A stretch of DNA of 63,877 bases, counting the filler, from an uncultured bacterium (GTDB taxonomy: Bacteria > CAYJRR01), in NCBI GenBank assembly GCA_964372275.1. It is 5 parts of 5 records of this genome, joined end to end, with 100 filler letters (N's around TTAATTAATTAA, not from the genome) between each part and the next. Parts side by side here need not be neighbours in the genome. Positions count along the whole stretch, not along the records: positions 1 to 14,328 come from CAYJRR010000115.1; 4 more parts are not named here. One strand, written 5' to 3'. Below are positions 1-8,574 of the stretch, in pieces. Within the stretch, counting starts at the first letter, position 1. Each line of letters starts with the position of its first letter. The notes beneath the pieces are model-generated. The model made no database searches and was not told the origin of the DNA. It saw only the letters and a list, made by a program, of their open reading frames with translations. Position numbers and translations under genes: made by a program.

Positions 1-357
1 GGTGGAGGCGGCGAGAGTCGAACTCGCGTCCGAGAACGGAGGGGAAGGGGCTGCTACACGCTTAGCCTACGGTTTGATCTCGAGGCGGCGGCGGGCGTAG
101 GCGCTCTCCGTCGTCTCCAGCCCACGTCTTGATTTCGCCCGGCGGCCCACGGGCCCTCCGCCGGACTAGCCCGAACTTTGGCGCCTCGGTCCCCGCGTAC
201 GGGCGCGGCGGGGCGAGGCGTCGCAGTCCTGGTTATTAATCAGGCCGCGAGTGCATACTCAGCATCGGCAGCTGATAGCCACGGGTTTTCACGGATCCCG
301 CAACCTTGCGTGCTCCTACCTTCCTCTCAGCATCCCCGTCGAAACCGGGACGCCCCC
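1..357 (-). ncRNA. ssrA: tmRNA (transfer-messenger RNA); tag reading frame 269->240 encodes (A)ADAEYALAA*
   Basis: Minus strand starts GGGGGCGTCCCGGTTTCGACGGGG (357) and ends GGACGCGAGTTCGACTCTCGCCGCCTCCACC (T-arm plus acceptor stem; the terminal A lies outside the window). Internal ORF GCC GAT GCT GAG TAT GCA CTC GCG GCC TGA ends in the canonical ALAA. Length is about 357 nt and smpB is on the same contig. Confidence 0.96.
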
Positions 358-435
358 AAGCAAGTCACCTTCTATCTTAAGCGCCTTTCTTGAGAAGCAC
401 GCAAGGCCGCCGGGATTCCGAGTCGGACCGCTCGT

Positions 436-1248
436 TTACGGCTTCCGCAGCACCAGCGTCGGGACCATCACCGGAGCCAGGCGCTCGTCGAACAGAAGCT
501 CGCGCGCCTCTTTCCGGGCGAGGATCCGTCCGGGATCGAACGCGGGGAATCCATGCAGCTCCGATGGATCGCCGTGCTCGAGCGTGAGTCCGCTCTGCTC
601 CACCATCCAGCGCACGTCGACGTTCCGCCCCCAGCGGTTGCTCGGGCATTCGGTGAACGGCGTCACGTCGAGGAACAGATCGACCGTCAGCAGGAAGCGG
701 CCGCCGGGCTTCAGACTCCGGCGGACGTGGTCCAGGATCGACGCCACGTCGTCGTCGGGCACGTGCTCGATCGTCGAGATCGAGATCGCGCAGTCGAACG
801 CCGCGTCCGGCAGCCCGGCCTCCTCGACGAAGCAGTTCTTGAGCTCGACGTCGGTCCCGAAGCGGCGATTGAGCGAGGCCATCCGCTCCGGCGTGACCAC
901 CCACCCCTTGCCTCGCGCCTTCTTGCCGGGATCGACGTTCACCACGCGACACCCCTCGCGCGAGAGCACGAACTGGAAGCCCGACAGTCCGCCGCCGACC
1001 TCGAGCACGCTCATCCCCGGACGGAGGGCGAGCGTCTCGTGCATCCACGGGTACTCCCACGTCCGCGTGTGGCTGTTCGGCTGGAAGGCGAACAGTCCGA
1101 CGAGGTTCGCCACCCCGGGCAGCGGCCGCGCCGCGCGCGGGAACAGGTTGCGCCACGGTTTCCCCACCGGAAGCAGCCGCCCGAACGGCGCCCCCCACTG
1201 GCGGTTCCATTCGCGATATCGATCGGGCAGTTCGGCGCGCGCCAGCAT
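436..1248 (-). CDS. Class I SAM-dependent methyltransferase
   Basis: Motif I VLEVGGGLSG, post-I VVNVD, FDCAISISTIEHV, and LKPGGRFLL. Confidence 0.85.
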   Translation of the reverse strand: MLARAELPDRYREWNRQWGAPFGRLLPVGKPWRNLFPRAARPLPGVANLVGLFAFQPNSHTRTWEYPWMHETLALRPGMSVLEVGGGLSGFQFVLSREGCRVVNVDPGKKARGKGWVVTPERMASLNRRFGTDVELKNCFVEEAGLPDAAFDCAISISTIEHVPDDDVASILDHVRRSLKPGGRFLLTVDLFLDVTPFTECPSNRWGRNVDVRWMVEQSGLTLEHGDPSELHGFPAFDPGRILARKEARELLFDERLAPVMVPTLVLRKP

Positions 1249-1263
1249 GGAGGAGAGCCGATG

Positions 1264-2505
1264 CTACCGGAAGAGGTAGTCGACCGCGCCGGGGAAGCGG
1301 CCGGCCCAGGCGTGCCAGTCGTGCTCGGCCTCGAGGTCCCGCACGTAGGCGTGTTCGTACCCCTTGGCTTGGAGCACGTCGCGCATCGCCGCGGTCACCT
1401 CGCCGTTGTCCTGGTCGCTCCCGGCGTCGAGGTACCAGCGCCCGCCCCGCGGCGAGGCGGCGGCGAACTCCTCGATGAGCTGGTTGTCGTTCCAGAAGAA
1501 GCTCGACGACTGCCCCCCGACGCGGGCGAACAGGTCCGGCCGGTCGAAGCCGATGCGGTAGGAGATCAGCCCGCCGAGCGACGCCCCGATCACCCCCCTC
1601 GCCTCCGGCCGGCGCGGCGTGGCGAACGCCGTCTCCAGCGCCGGCACCAGCTCGTCGGCCAGGAACGCGCGATAGAGGTCGCCGCGCGCGCCGGGGGTGC
1701 CGAAGGTGTACTCGGCCATCCGGTCGTCCGGGTCGGCAAGCGCAACGTAGGCGATCAGCAGCGGCGGAACGTCGCCCACCCGGCGCGCTTCGTCGATCGC
1801 CCGGTCGAATCGGCCGCGCGTGAGGCTCTCGTTCCCGTCGTGGACCAGCAGCAGCGGCAAGGCCGCGCGCTCCGGAAAGTAGCTGCCCGGCACCTGGACG
1901 AAGACGTCGCGCGCATCACCCAACGCGGAACCGGCGATCGGCGGCAGGAGGTACAGCTCGCTCTCCTCGAGGGTCGCCGACCGGCCGGCGTAGGCGACGG
2001 CGTTGAACGCGCCGACCGTCCCGGTGTCGAAACCGTCCCACGCCACCCACCGCCCGGCCGGATCGCGCGACCACCCGCCCTCGCGCACGAGCTTGTATTC
2101 GTGCCGGCTCCCGGCGGCGACCTCGACCTCGGCGACGAGGGTGTCGGTTCCGTCGATCCGCGCCAGCGGCGCCGACGCCGGACTCCATCCGTTGAACGTA
2201 CCGGCGACGGTCCAGCCGTCGTTCGTGTCGCGCACCGCGAAGACCAGACGCCCCGCGCCGCGCGCCGGCGCCCCGCCGGCCGCCGCCAGGTCCCGCCAGA
2301 AACGGTCGACGCGCGCCTGCCGGTCGGCGGCGGCGAGCGAGCCGAGGTCGCCGACCATCGCGTCGTAGAGCGCGACGTTCTCCTCCCGCGGGTCGGCGAC
2401 CTGCGGCGAGGCCGGAACGACCTCCTCGACAAGGAGTCCGTCCCGGTGACAGCCCGCCGCGAGCGCGGACAGCGTCAGAACGAGGGTCGAAACGGCGTGG
2501 CGCAT
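1264..2505 (-). CDS. Lipoprotein esterase (Fes/enterochelin esterase-like alpha/beta hydrolase) with N-terminal CBM48/AMPK-like beta-sandwich
   Basis: Lipobox LAAGC; VAGTFNGW...YKLV..G.W..DP domain; HDG, GASLGG nucleophile elbow, C-terminal EAEHDW. Start placed at the ATG of MRHAV. Confidence 0.8.
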   Translation of the reverse strand: MRHAVSTLVLTLSALAAGCHRDGLLVEEVVPASPQVADPREENVALYDAMVGDLGSLAAADRQARVDRFWRDLAAAGGAPARGAGRLVFAVRDTNDGWTVAGTFNGWSPASAPLARIDGTDTLVAEVEVAAGSRHEYKLVREGGWSRDPAGRWVAWDGFDTGTVGAFNAVAYAGRSATLEESELYLLPPIAGSALGDARDVFVQVPGSYFPERAALPLLLVHDGNESLTRGRFDRAIDEARRVGDVPPLLIAYVALADPDDRMAEYTFGTPGARGDLYRAFLADELVPALETAFATPRRPEARGVIGASLGGLISYRIGFDRPDLFARVGGQSSSFFWNDNQLIEEFAAASPRGGRWYLDAGSDQDNGEVTAAMRDVLQAKGYEHAYVRDLEAEHDWHAWAGRFPGAVDYLFR

Positions 2506-2531
2506 CGAAATCTCATACGATAGGCGCCGCC

Positions 2532-3581
2532 GTGCCGGCAACGTTTCACGAAACGCCGCCCGGTGAGCCCCCCGAAGGGATCGCCTGGCTGGCGGCCTTG
2601 AGGCCCGACGAGCGCTCGCGGGCGGCGCGGCATTTTCGTCCCCTCGACCTCGAACCGGGCAAGCGGGAGCGCCTCGCGCCCACCGGTGCGCCGCCCGCCG
2701 GATTTGTCCTCGCCGGGTCGGTCCGGGTGCGTCGGCCCGAATTTCCCGGGCTGCCCCCGACGGAGGCGCGCCTCGAGGCCGGCGACCGGTTCGGCGAGCT
2801 CGGCCTGTTCGCCGCCGCCGGTGCGGCCACGGGCGCAGACGCCGCGGAGGGAAGCGCCACCGAAATCGAGGCGGTCGACGGGCCGGCGCGCCTGGCGCTT
2901 CTCGACCGCGCCGCGTTCGAACGCCTCTGCGAAGAGTTCCCGATCGTCTGGATGGAGGTCTCGACCCGGCTGTCGCGCGAGCTCAAGTGGAAGAACGATC
3001 TCCTGCGCGAGATCCGCGAATTCGGGGACACACACGCCGACGCCGCGTCGCTCGACCTCTACCTCTCGATGCGGCGCCGCAAGCTCGCGCGGCGCCACGC
3101 CGGGATCTCGCGGGCGCGCGGCGAACGGGTCTATCAGGCGCTCGTCGCGCGCCCGCGGCGCGAGCCGGCCTTCTGGATCCTCGCCGGCTTCCTGGCGGCG
3201 ATCGCCGTCTCGCGGACGGTGGTCGCCTTCATCCTCCGGTTCGGACTCGAGGACCGGCTGTTCAACCTGCGCGACGCCGGCGGGCCGAATCCGATCCACC
3301 TGCACCACTTCAACTACGGCTTCGCCGTCCTGATCGCTGCCGGACTGCTGTCTCTCCTGCCGCAATCGCGCCGCCTGCTCCGGCCCCTCGCGACCGCCTT
3401 CGGTGTGGGGCTCGGTCTGGTGTTCGACGAGTTCGCGCTGCTGTGGCGGCTGAACCCCGACTACTACGACCCGTTGAGCTACTGGGCGCAAGGGGTGATG
3501 GCCCTGGTGCTGGCGCAGCTCGCCTTCCTGCGGCGTCCCTACGCCGGGCTGTGGCGCCGGATCGGCGGGGGGGCGCGGTGA
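2532..3581 (+). CDS. cNMP-binding-domain protein fused to a C-terminal membrane domain (HLHHFNYG...GLVFDEF...YY)
   Basis: GFVLAGSVRV...LEAGDRFGELGLF cNMP beta-roll followed by several hydrophobic helices. Confidence 0.75.
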   Translation: MPATFHETPPGEPPEGIAWLAALRPDERSRAARHFRPLDLEPGKRERLAPTGAPPAGFVLAGSVRVRRPEFPGLPPTEARLEAGDRFGELGLFAAAGAATGADAAEGSATEIEAVDGPARLALLDRAAFERLCEEFPIVWMEVSTRLSRELKWKNDLLREIREFGDTHADAASLDLYLSMRRRKLARRHAGISRARGERVYQALVARPRREPAFWILAGFLAAIAVSRTVVAFILRFGLEDRLFNLRDAGGPNPIHLHHFNYGFAVLIAAGLLSLLPQSRRLLRPLATAFGVGLGLVFDEFALLWRLNPDYYDPLSYWAQGVMALVLAQLAFLRRPYAGLWRRIGGGAR

Positions 3582-4633
3582 GCCGGGCGGCGGTCGTCAC
3601 CCGCGGGAGTCTCCTGGCGTCCGTCCCGCTCCTGCGCGGGGTGCCCGAGGCGGCGCTCGACACGCTCGCGCGGGAGGCCGAGGTGCGCGCCTTCCCTTCT
3701 GGAGCGAAGCTCGTCTCGGAGCTGGAGACCGGCGACGAGGCGCTGATCGTGCTGGACGGAACCGGCCGCGCGACGGTCGGCGGGATGCGCGACGACCTTC
3801 CGGTCGAGATCGGCGAGGTCGGTCCCGGCGACTGCGTCGGGGAGATGGCGCTGTTCACGGGCGACCTCCGCTCGGCGACGGTCGTCGCCAAGACGCCGAT
3901 GGCGGCGCTGGTGCTCGACCGCCCGACCTTCCTCCGGTTGATGTCGACACACCCGACGATCGCGCGGCACCTCGCCGGGATCCTCGCCGACCGTCTGAAC
4001 GAGGCCGACCGGCTCCTGGCGCGCCTGCTCGATCCGTCCCGGACCGACGCCGAGCGCCGCGACGCGCTCCGTCAGGCGGGCGGCGCTTCCCCCAAACGTG
4101 CGTCGGCGCGGCTGGCGACGGCGGTGCGCGTCGCCTGGCAGGAAGGGGTGGCGCGCCACCGGCAGGACCTGCCGTTCCTGATGCTGGTCTCGTTCGTCGC
4201 CGCGCTGGTCTCGGTGCGCGCCGCGATCCTTCTCGAACGGACGCTCCTCCCGGGCGTGTCGAGCCTGGAGAATCTGCTGCGCGCCAGCTACGTCGCCGGA
4301 CTGCTGCTGCTGTGCGGAAGCGGCATCGCCTCGCTGCTGCTGTTCCGGCCGGCCGCGCGCAAACGCGTCGCCGCGTTGTTCGGCGTGGGGCTCGCGCTCC
4401 TGTTCAACTCGCTGTCGGTGCTCCTCACCTTCGACCTCTTCTACCGGGACATCCGCACCCCCGACCCGAATCTCACCTTCTCGGTCGAGACTCTCTACGC
4501 CCGCGCGGAGGGCTCCGTCGCGCTCGCCGTCACCGCGGCGCTGCTGGGGCAGGCCGTCTACTTGCGCCGGTTCTACCGGCGGCTCTTCTCGATCGGCGTG
4601 GGGCGGCTGCTCCGGGCGCTCGGCCGCGCCTGA
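3578..4633 (+). CDS. cNMP-binding-domain membrane protein
   Basis: GTG start overlaps the upstream TGA (GTGA). Canonical cassette GDCVGEMALFTGDLRSATV, then about 4 TM helices. Confidence 0.8.
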   Translation: MSRAAVVTRGSLLASVPLLRGVPEAALDTLAREAEVRAFPSGAKLVSELETGDEALIVLDGTGRATVGGMRDDLPVEIGEVGPGDCVGEMALFTGDLRSATVVAKTPMAALVLDRPTFLRLMSTHPTIARHLAGILADRLNEADRLLARLLDPSRTDAERRDALRQAGGASPKRASARLATAVRVAWQEGVARHRQDLPFLMLVSFVAALVSVRAAILLERTLLPGVSSLENLLRASYVAGLLLLCGSGIASLLLFRPAARKRVAALFGVGLALLFNSLSVLLTFDLFYRDIRTPDPNLTFSVETLYARAEGSVALAVTAALLGQAVYLRRFYRRLFSIGVGRLLRALGRA

Positions 4634-4640
4634 CGCTCCG

Positions 4641-5444
4641 TTAGTCCGGCCGGGCCTTCCAGTGTTCGAGCAGCCTGGGGTAGAGCGGATTCGGCTCGTC
4701 CCCGTCGACGTGCAGCTTGCGGTACATGCCGGCGGCGTTGGCGTAGGCCTCGCGATCGAGCTGCCCCCGGCGCGCCGCCTCCTCGACGAGCGCCGGATCG
4801 TCGACCACCGCCATCTCCAGCTCGTCGCGGCGGAACGGGATCACCACCGCCATCGGATCCCCGCGCTTGATCCGGATCTCCGCCGGCGCCCCCGGACGGA
4901 TGCGGGCGTGCGTCTGAAGCGGGAGGCTGGTGCGGTCGGCGCGGACGATCCCCTCGGCGAGGGTCAGCCCCTCCGGGCAGCCCTCCAGGTTGTTGGGGAC
5001 GTTCTTGAGCAGAACGCTCCAGCCCGGCGGCGTGACCACCGTCCACCCGGTCTGGACCGAGATCGCCTCGGCCTCGCCCCCCTCCGGGAAGGAGGTCATC
5101 GGATGATAACGAAAGAATTCGTCGTTTGCCGGGGTCTTGATCTGCCATCCCCGGGGTTGCACGTTCTTCAACACCGCCGACGCCGGCCACTTGAGCAGGA
5201 ACCCGATCGAGTCGAGCTCGGCCATCGCCGGGCAGTGCTCGGCGCCGAACGGCTTCACCTCCTCGTGGAACTCGCCGATGTAGACGGTCGGGCGCGCCCC
5301 CGCGACCGCCGCCTTGCGCCGCTTCTTCAGGATCTCGCGGGTGTGCCGGATCCAGTCGTTGTGGTCGGCGCGCAGCCGCTCCGGCAGCACGTCGGCGGCC
5401 CGTCCCAGCGACGGGATCGGGACGAAGAAGACGACCGCACCCAT
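4641..5444 (-). CDS. DUF6065-like protein (probable dUTPase-like beta fold), paralog A
   Basis: Motifs CPAM..LDSIGFLLKWP, TGWTVVTPPGWS, EGIVRAD, IKRGDPMAVVIPFRR. Confidence 0.65.
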   Translation of the reverse strand: MGAVVFFVPIPSLGRAADVLPERLRADHNDWIRHTREILKKRRKAAVAGARPTVYIGEFHEEVKPFGAEHCPAMAELDSIGFLLKWPASAVLKNVQPRGWQIKTPANDEFFRYHPMTSFPEGGEAEAISVQTGWTVVTPPGWSVLLKNVPNNLEGCPEGLTLAEGIVRADRTSLPLQTHARIRPGAPAEIRIKRGDPMAVVIPFRRDELEMAVVDDPALVEEAARRGQLDREAYANAAGMYRKLHVDGDEPNPLYPRLLEHWKARPD

Positions 5445-6281
5445 CTACGACGTCCCTCCCCCGCCTCCCGCCTCGCGTCGTTCGAGGCGATCCAGGAGGA
5501 CGGGATAGAGCGTCGAGAGGTTCTCGTCGTCGATGTAGAGCGCGCGGTAGCGGCCCGCCGCGGCGGCGAACGTTTCCTGGTCGAGCGCCGCGGCCTTCAG
5601 CCCCTCGGCCACCGACTCCGGATCGTCCATCACCGCCAGCTCCAGCCGCTCGCGCTTGAACGGCATCAGCAGCGCCATCGGTTCGCCGCGCGTGACGTGG
5701 ATCTCCTTCGGGGAGCCCGGCGGGATGAAGGCGTGCACCTGGAGCGGGATCGTCGCCTGGTCGGATCGCACCACCCCCTCGGCGAAGACGATCCCGTGTT
5801 GGCGGTCGGTGAGGTTGTTGGGAAGGTTCTTGATCAGGACGCTCCACCCCGGCGGGGTGATCACCAGCCAGCCCAGCCCGATCGAGATCACGTCGCTCTG
5901 GCCCGCCTCCGGGAAGGAGGACATCCCGTGGAACTTGTAGAAGGCGTTCGTCTCGGAGGCGTGGATCTCCCAGGCGCGCGGGCCGACGTTCTTGAAGACG
6001 GCGCTCGCCGGCCACTTGAGGAGGTAGCCGATCGAGTTCACCTCCTGTAGCGCCGGGCAGTACTGCGCCCCGAAGGGGTGCAGGTCATTGTGGTCCTCGC
6101 TGATCTCGGAGGTCGGCCTCCACGTCCCCCCCTCGGCGGCCTTCCGCTTCTTCTGCAGGACCTCCTTGGAGAGGGTGATCCAGTCGTTCATCCCGGCGGT
6201 GATCCGCTCCGGGGTGACGTCCCGCGAGGTCCCCAGCCGGGGGCTGGGAATCATGAAGAGTCGCGCCGGTTTCTCCGACAT
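5445..6281 (-). CDS. DUF6065-like protein, paralog B
   Basis: Colinear with 4641-5444 over its full length (CPAL..VNSIGYLLKWP, ITPPGWS, EGVVRSD, VTRGEPMALLMPFKR). Its TAG directly abuts the ATG of paralog A. Confidence 0.65.
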   Translation of the reverse strand: MSEKPARLFMIPSPRLGTSRDVTPERITAGMNDWITLSKEVLQKKRKAAEGGTWRPTSEISEDHNDLHPFGAQYCPALQEVNSIGYLLKWPASAVFKNVGPRAWEIHASETNAFYKFHGMSSFPEAGQSDVISIGLGWLVITPPGWSVLIKNLPNNLTDRQHGIVFAEGVVRSDQATIPLQVHAFIPPGSPKEIHVTRGEPMALLMPFKRERLELAVMDDPESVAEGLKAAALDQETFAAAAGRYRALYIDDENLSTLYPVLLDRLERREAGGGGGTS

Positions 6282-6343
6282 GCGGGGGGATCCTACCGCA
6301 CGGGGGACTCGACGGAACAGCCCCACCGGCGCAAACTGCGCGC

Positions 6344-7138
6344 GTGGGGCTCCTAAATCTTTCGGACGCCACGATCCACTTCTTCGAGGCGGGACGTGGC
6401 GACGACGCGGTGCTGTTCCTCCACGCCTTTCCGCTGCACGCGGCGATGTGGGAGCCGCAGCTCGCCGCGGTCGCGGCGGAAGGCTGGCGCGCCATCGCGG
6501 TCGACGCCCGCGGCTTCGGCAACAGCGCCCCGCCTCCGGCGCAATTGACGATGGACCGGATCGCCGACGACGCCGCCGCCGTGCTCGACCGCCTGGGGAT
6601 CGCGCGCGCCGTCGTTTGCGGCCTGTCGATGGGGGGCTACGCCGCGTTCGAGCTCGTGCGCCGGCACGAGCCGCGCGTGCGCGGGCTGGTTCTCGCCGAC
6701 ACCAGCGCTGCCCCCGACACCGACTTGGCCCAAGCCGCCCGCGAGGCGTTCGCACGAAACGCGCTCACCCAGGGGGAGTCGTGGGTGGCCAACGAGCTGT
6801 TGCCGAAACTGCTCGCTGCCCCTGCGGAGCCCGAGACCGAGGCGAAGGTGAAGGAAATCATCCTGGAGAGCTCGCCGGAGGCGGTTGCCGCCGCACAGCG
6901 GGGGATGGCGCTCCGCGGCGACTCGCGCCCCCTGCTCGGCGCCGTCTCGGTGCCGACGTGCGTCATCGTCGGCGAAAAGGACGGACTGACTTCGCCGGCG
7001 GAGGCGCGCGAGATGGCGCGCCAGATACCGCGCGCGCAGCAGGTGGAGATCGCCGGCGCGGGGCACCTCTCCAACCTCGATCGACCGGACGCCTTCAACG
7101 CCGCGATGGCCGACTTCCTCGCCCTCGTCCGGGGGTGA
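6344..7138 (+). CDS. Alpha/beta fold hydrolase (3-oxoadipate enol-lactonase-like)
   Basis: LFLHAFP, DARGFG, GLSMGG, GEKD and GAGHLSN catalytic-triad motifs. Confidence 0.88.
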   Translation: MGLLNLSDATIHFFEAGRGDDAVLFLHAFPLHAAMWEPQLAAVAAEGWRAIAVDARGFGNSAPPPAQLTMDRIADDAAAVLDRLGIARAVVCGLSMGGYAAFELVRRHEPRVRGLVLADTSAAPDTDLAQAAREAFARNALTQGESWVANELLPKLLAAPAEPETEAKVKEIILESSPEAVAAAQRGMALRGDSRPLLGAVSVPTCVIVGEKDGLTSPAEAREMARQIPRAQQVEIAGAGHLSNLDRPDAFNAAMADFLALVRG

Positions 7139-7172
7139 CCGGGGCGCTCGCCGGACGGTATCCTTCGGAACC

Positions 7173-7871
7173 GTGAGCGCCTCGACTTCGCGCGCGCGGT
7201 GGGCTTTCGCCGCCGCCGTCGGCGGCACCGTCGGTCTCTACGCCAGCCCCTTCGCCGCTTCGGTCGGGTATCCGTTGATGCTCCTCTCGACGTTGGCCCA
7301 CGAGCTCGGTCACGGCATCGCCGCGTGGTTCTCCGGGGCTCGCTTCACCACCCTTTCGCTGTGGCCCGACGGAAGCGGGGCCGCGACCTGGGCCGGCGAG
7401 CCCGACCGCCTGCGCCAGGCGTTCGTCGCCGGAGGGGGACTGGTCGGCCCGGCGCTCGCCGCCGCCCTCCTCTTCGCCGCCGGCCGCCGGCCGCGTGCCG
7501 TGCGCGCCGGCCTCTGGATCGTCGGCGCGGGCCTTCTCGCCATCGACCTGCTGCTCGTCCGCAACCTGTTCGGCTTCGCCTTCATCGGACTGGTCGCGCT
7601 CGGCTTGCTGGGCGCCGCCTGGAAGGCCCCCGACGGGATCGCGCAGCCGCTGGTCGTCTTCCTCGCCGTGCAGCTCGCGATGAGCGTCTTTTCGCGAGGC
7701 GACTATCTCTTCACCGACGTCGCGGACACGGCAGCCGGAACGTTTCCGTCGGACGTCGCGCAGATGGCGGAGGCGCTGTGGCTTCCCTACTGGTTTTGGG
7801 GAGCGGCGTGCGGGCTCCTGTCGGTGGCGGTCCTGGGGATGGGGGCCGCCAAGCTGCTACGGGGAAGATAG
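7173..7871 (+). CDS. M50B-family membrane metallopeptidase
   Basis: HELGH zinc motif in a TM context, GGLVGP, C-terminal SD motif, multiple TM helices. Confidence 0.82.
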   Translation: MSASTSRARWAFAAAVGGTVGLYASPFAASVGYPLMLLSTLAHELGHGIAAWFSGARFTTLSLWPDGSGAATWAGEPDRLRQAFVAGGGLVGPALAAALLFAAGRRPRAVRAGLWIVGAGLLAIDLLLVRNLFGFAFIGLVALGLLGAAWKAPDGIAQPLVVFLAVQLAMSVFSRGDYLFTDVADTAAGTFPSDVAQMAEALWLPYWFWGAACGLLSVAVLGMGAAKLLRGR

Positions 7872-7901
7872 GAGCCGCCGGAGTACCATGCGGCGTCCGC
7901 T

Positions 7902-7956
7902 GTCGCGGTCGCGTCCGAGACCGTCCCGCGTCCGCGACCGCGACCCCGGACGCGGG
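7902..7956. repeat. GC-rich inverted repeats between convergent genes (possible bidirectional terminator)
   Basis: GTCGCGGTCGCG (7902-7913) pairs with CGCGACCGCGAC (7933-7944); alternatively CCCGCGTCCG (7925-7934) pairs with CGGACGCGGG (7947-7956). No U-tract. Confidence 0.5.
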
Positions 7957-7998
7957 GCCGCAACGACCCCCTACGCGGGTCCGCTGCCGCTTGGTCTC

Positions 7999-8574
7999 CT
8001 ACCCCCTCCTCCGCCGCCACGCCGCCTCGACCCCCCTCACGTCCAGCGCCCTCCTCACCGCATCGCACGTCTCCCCCCACGCCCCCTCCTCCGTCGCCCC
8101 CTCGGCCCTCGCGTTCCTCACCGCGGCGTCGACGGTCCAGAGTGCCGAGCGGCGCCACCAGGGGACGCCGGCGGCCGCCTCCAGGGCGTATTCGGCCGCG
8201 CGCGCGGGGAGCGCGAGCGGGTTCTCCGGCGCGCCGCGCTGCGCCGCCAGCTCGCGGGCGACGCGCAACGCCCCCTCGTGCTCGTCGGTCCCGGCCTCGC
8301 CCCGTGCCGACCGCTCGGCGATGGCGAGGAGGTCCCGCAAGGCGGTGCCGTCGACGGCGCGGGCGGCGGCGCGGCGCGCGCAGGCGATCGCCGCCGCCGC
8401 GATCCGCGGGCGCTCCACCTCCGCCGCGAGCGCGATGGCGATCAACCAGTCGGCGCGCGGACACTTCATCCAGAGCCCGACCACCTCCAGCCGCTCCCCG
8501 CGCGCCCAGTCGGTGAGCCCCGGCAGCGGAACCGAGTCGACCTCTTCCGTCAGCGCCCGCCAGATCTCGCGCAT
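7999..8574 (-). CDS. Hypothetical helical protein downstream of smpB
   Basis: ATG overlaps the smpB stop (TGATG). Protein-like composition with a W..CPRADWL motif. Confidence 0.6.
   Translation of the reverse strand: MREIWRALTEEVDSVPLPGLTDWARGERLEVVGLWMKCPRADWLIAIALAAEVERPRIAAAAIACARRAAARAVDGTALRDLLAIAERSARGEAGTDEHEGALRVARELAAQRGAPENPLALPARAAEYALEAAAGVPWWRRSALWTVDAAVRNARAEGATEEGAWGETCDAVRRALDVRGVEAAWRRRRG

Noticed and set aside
1..75. tRNA gene at the window start
   Set aside because: The T-arm and acceptor stem belong to tmRNA; the matching 5' end and tag ORF are present and there is no anticodon arm.
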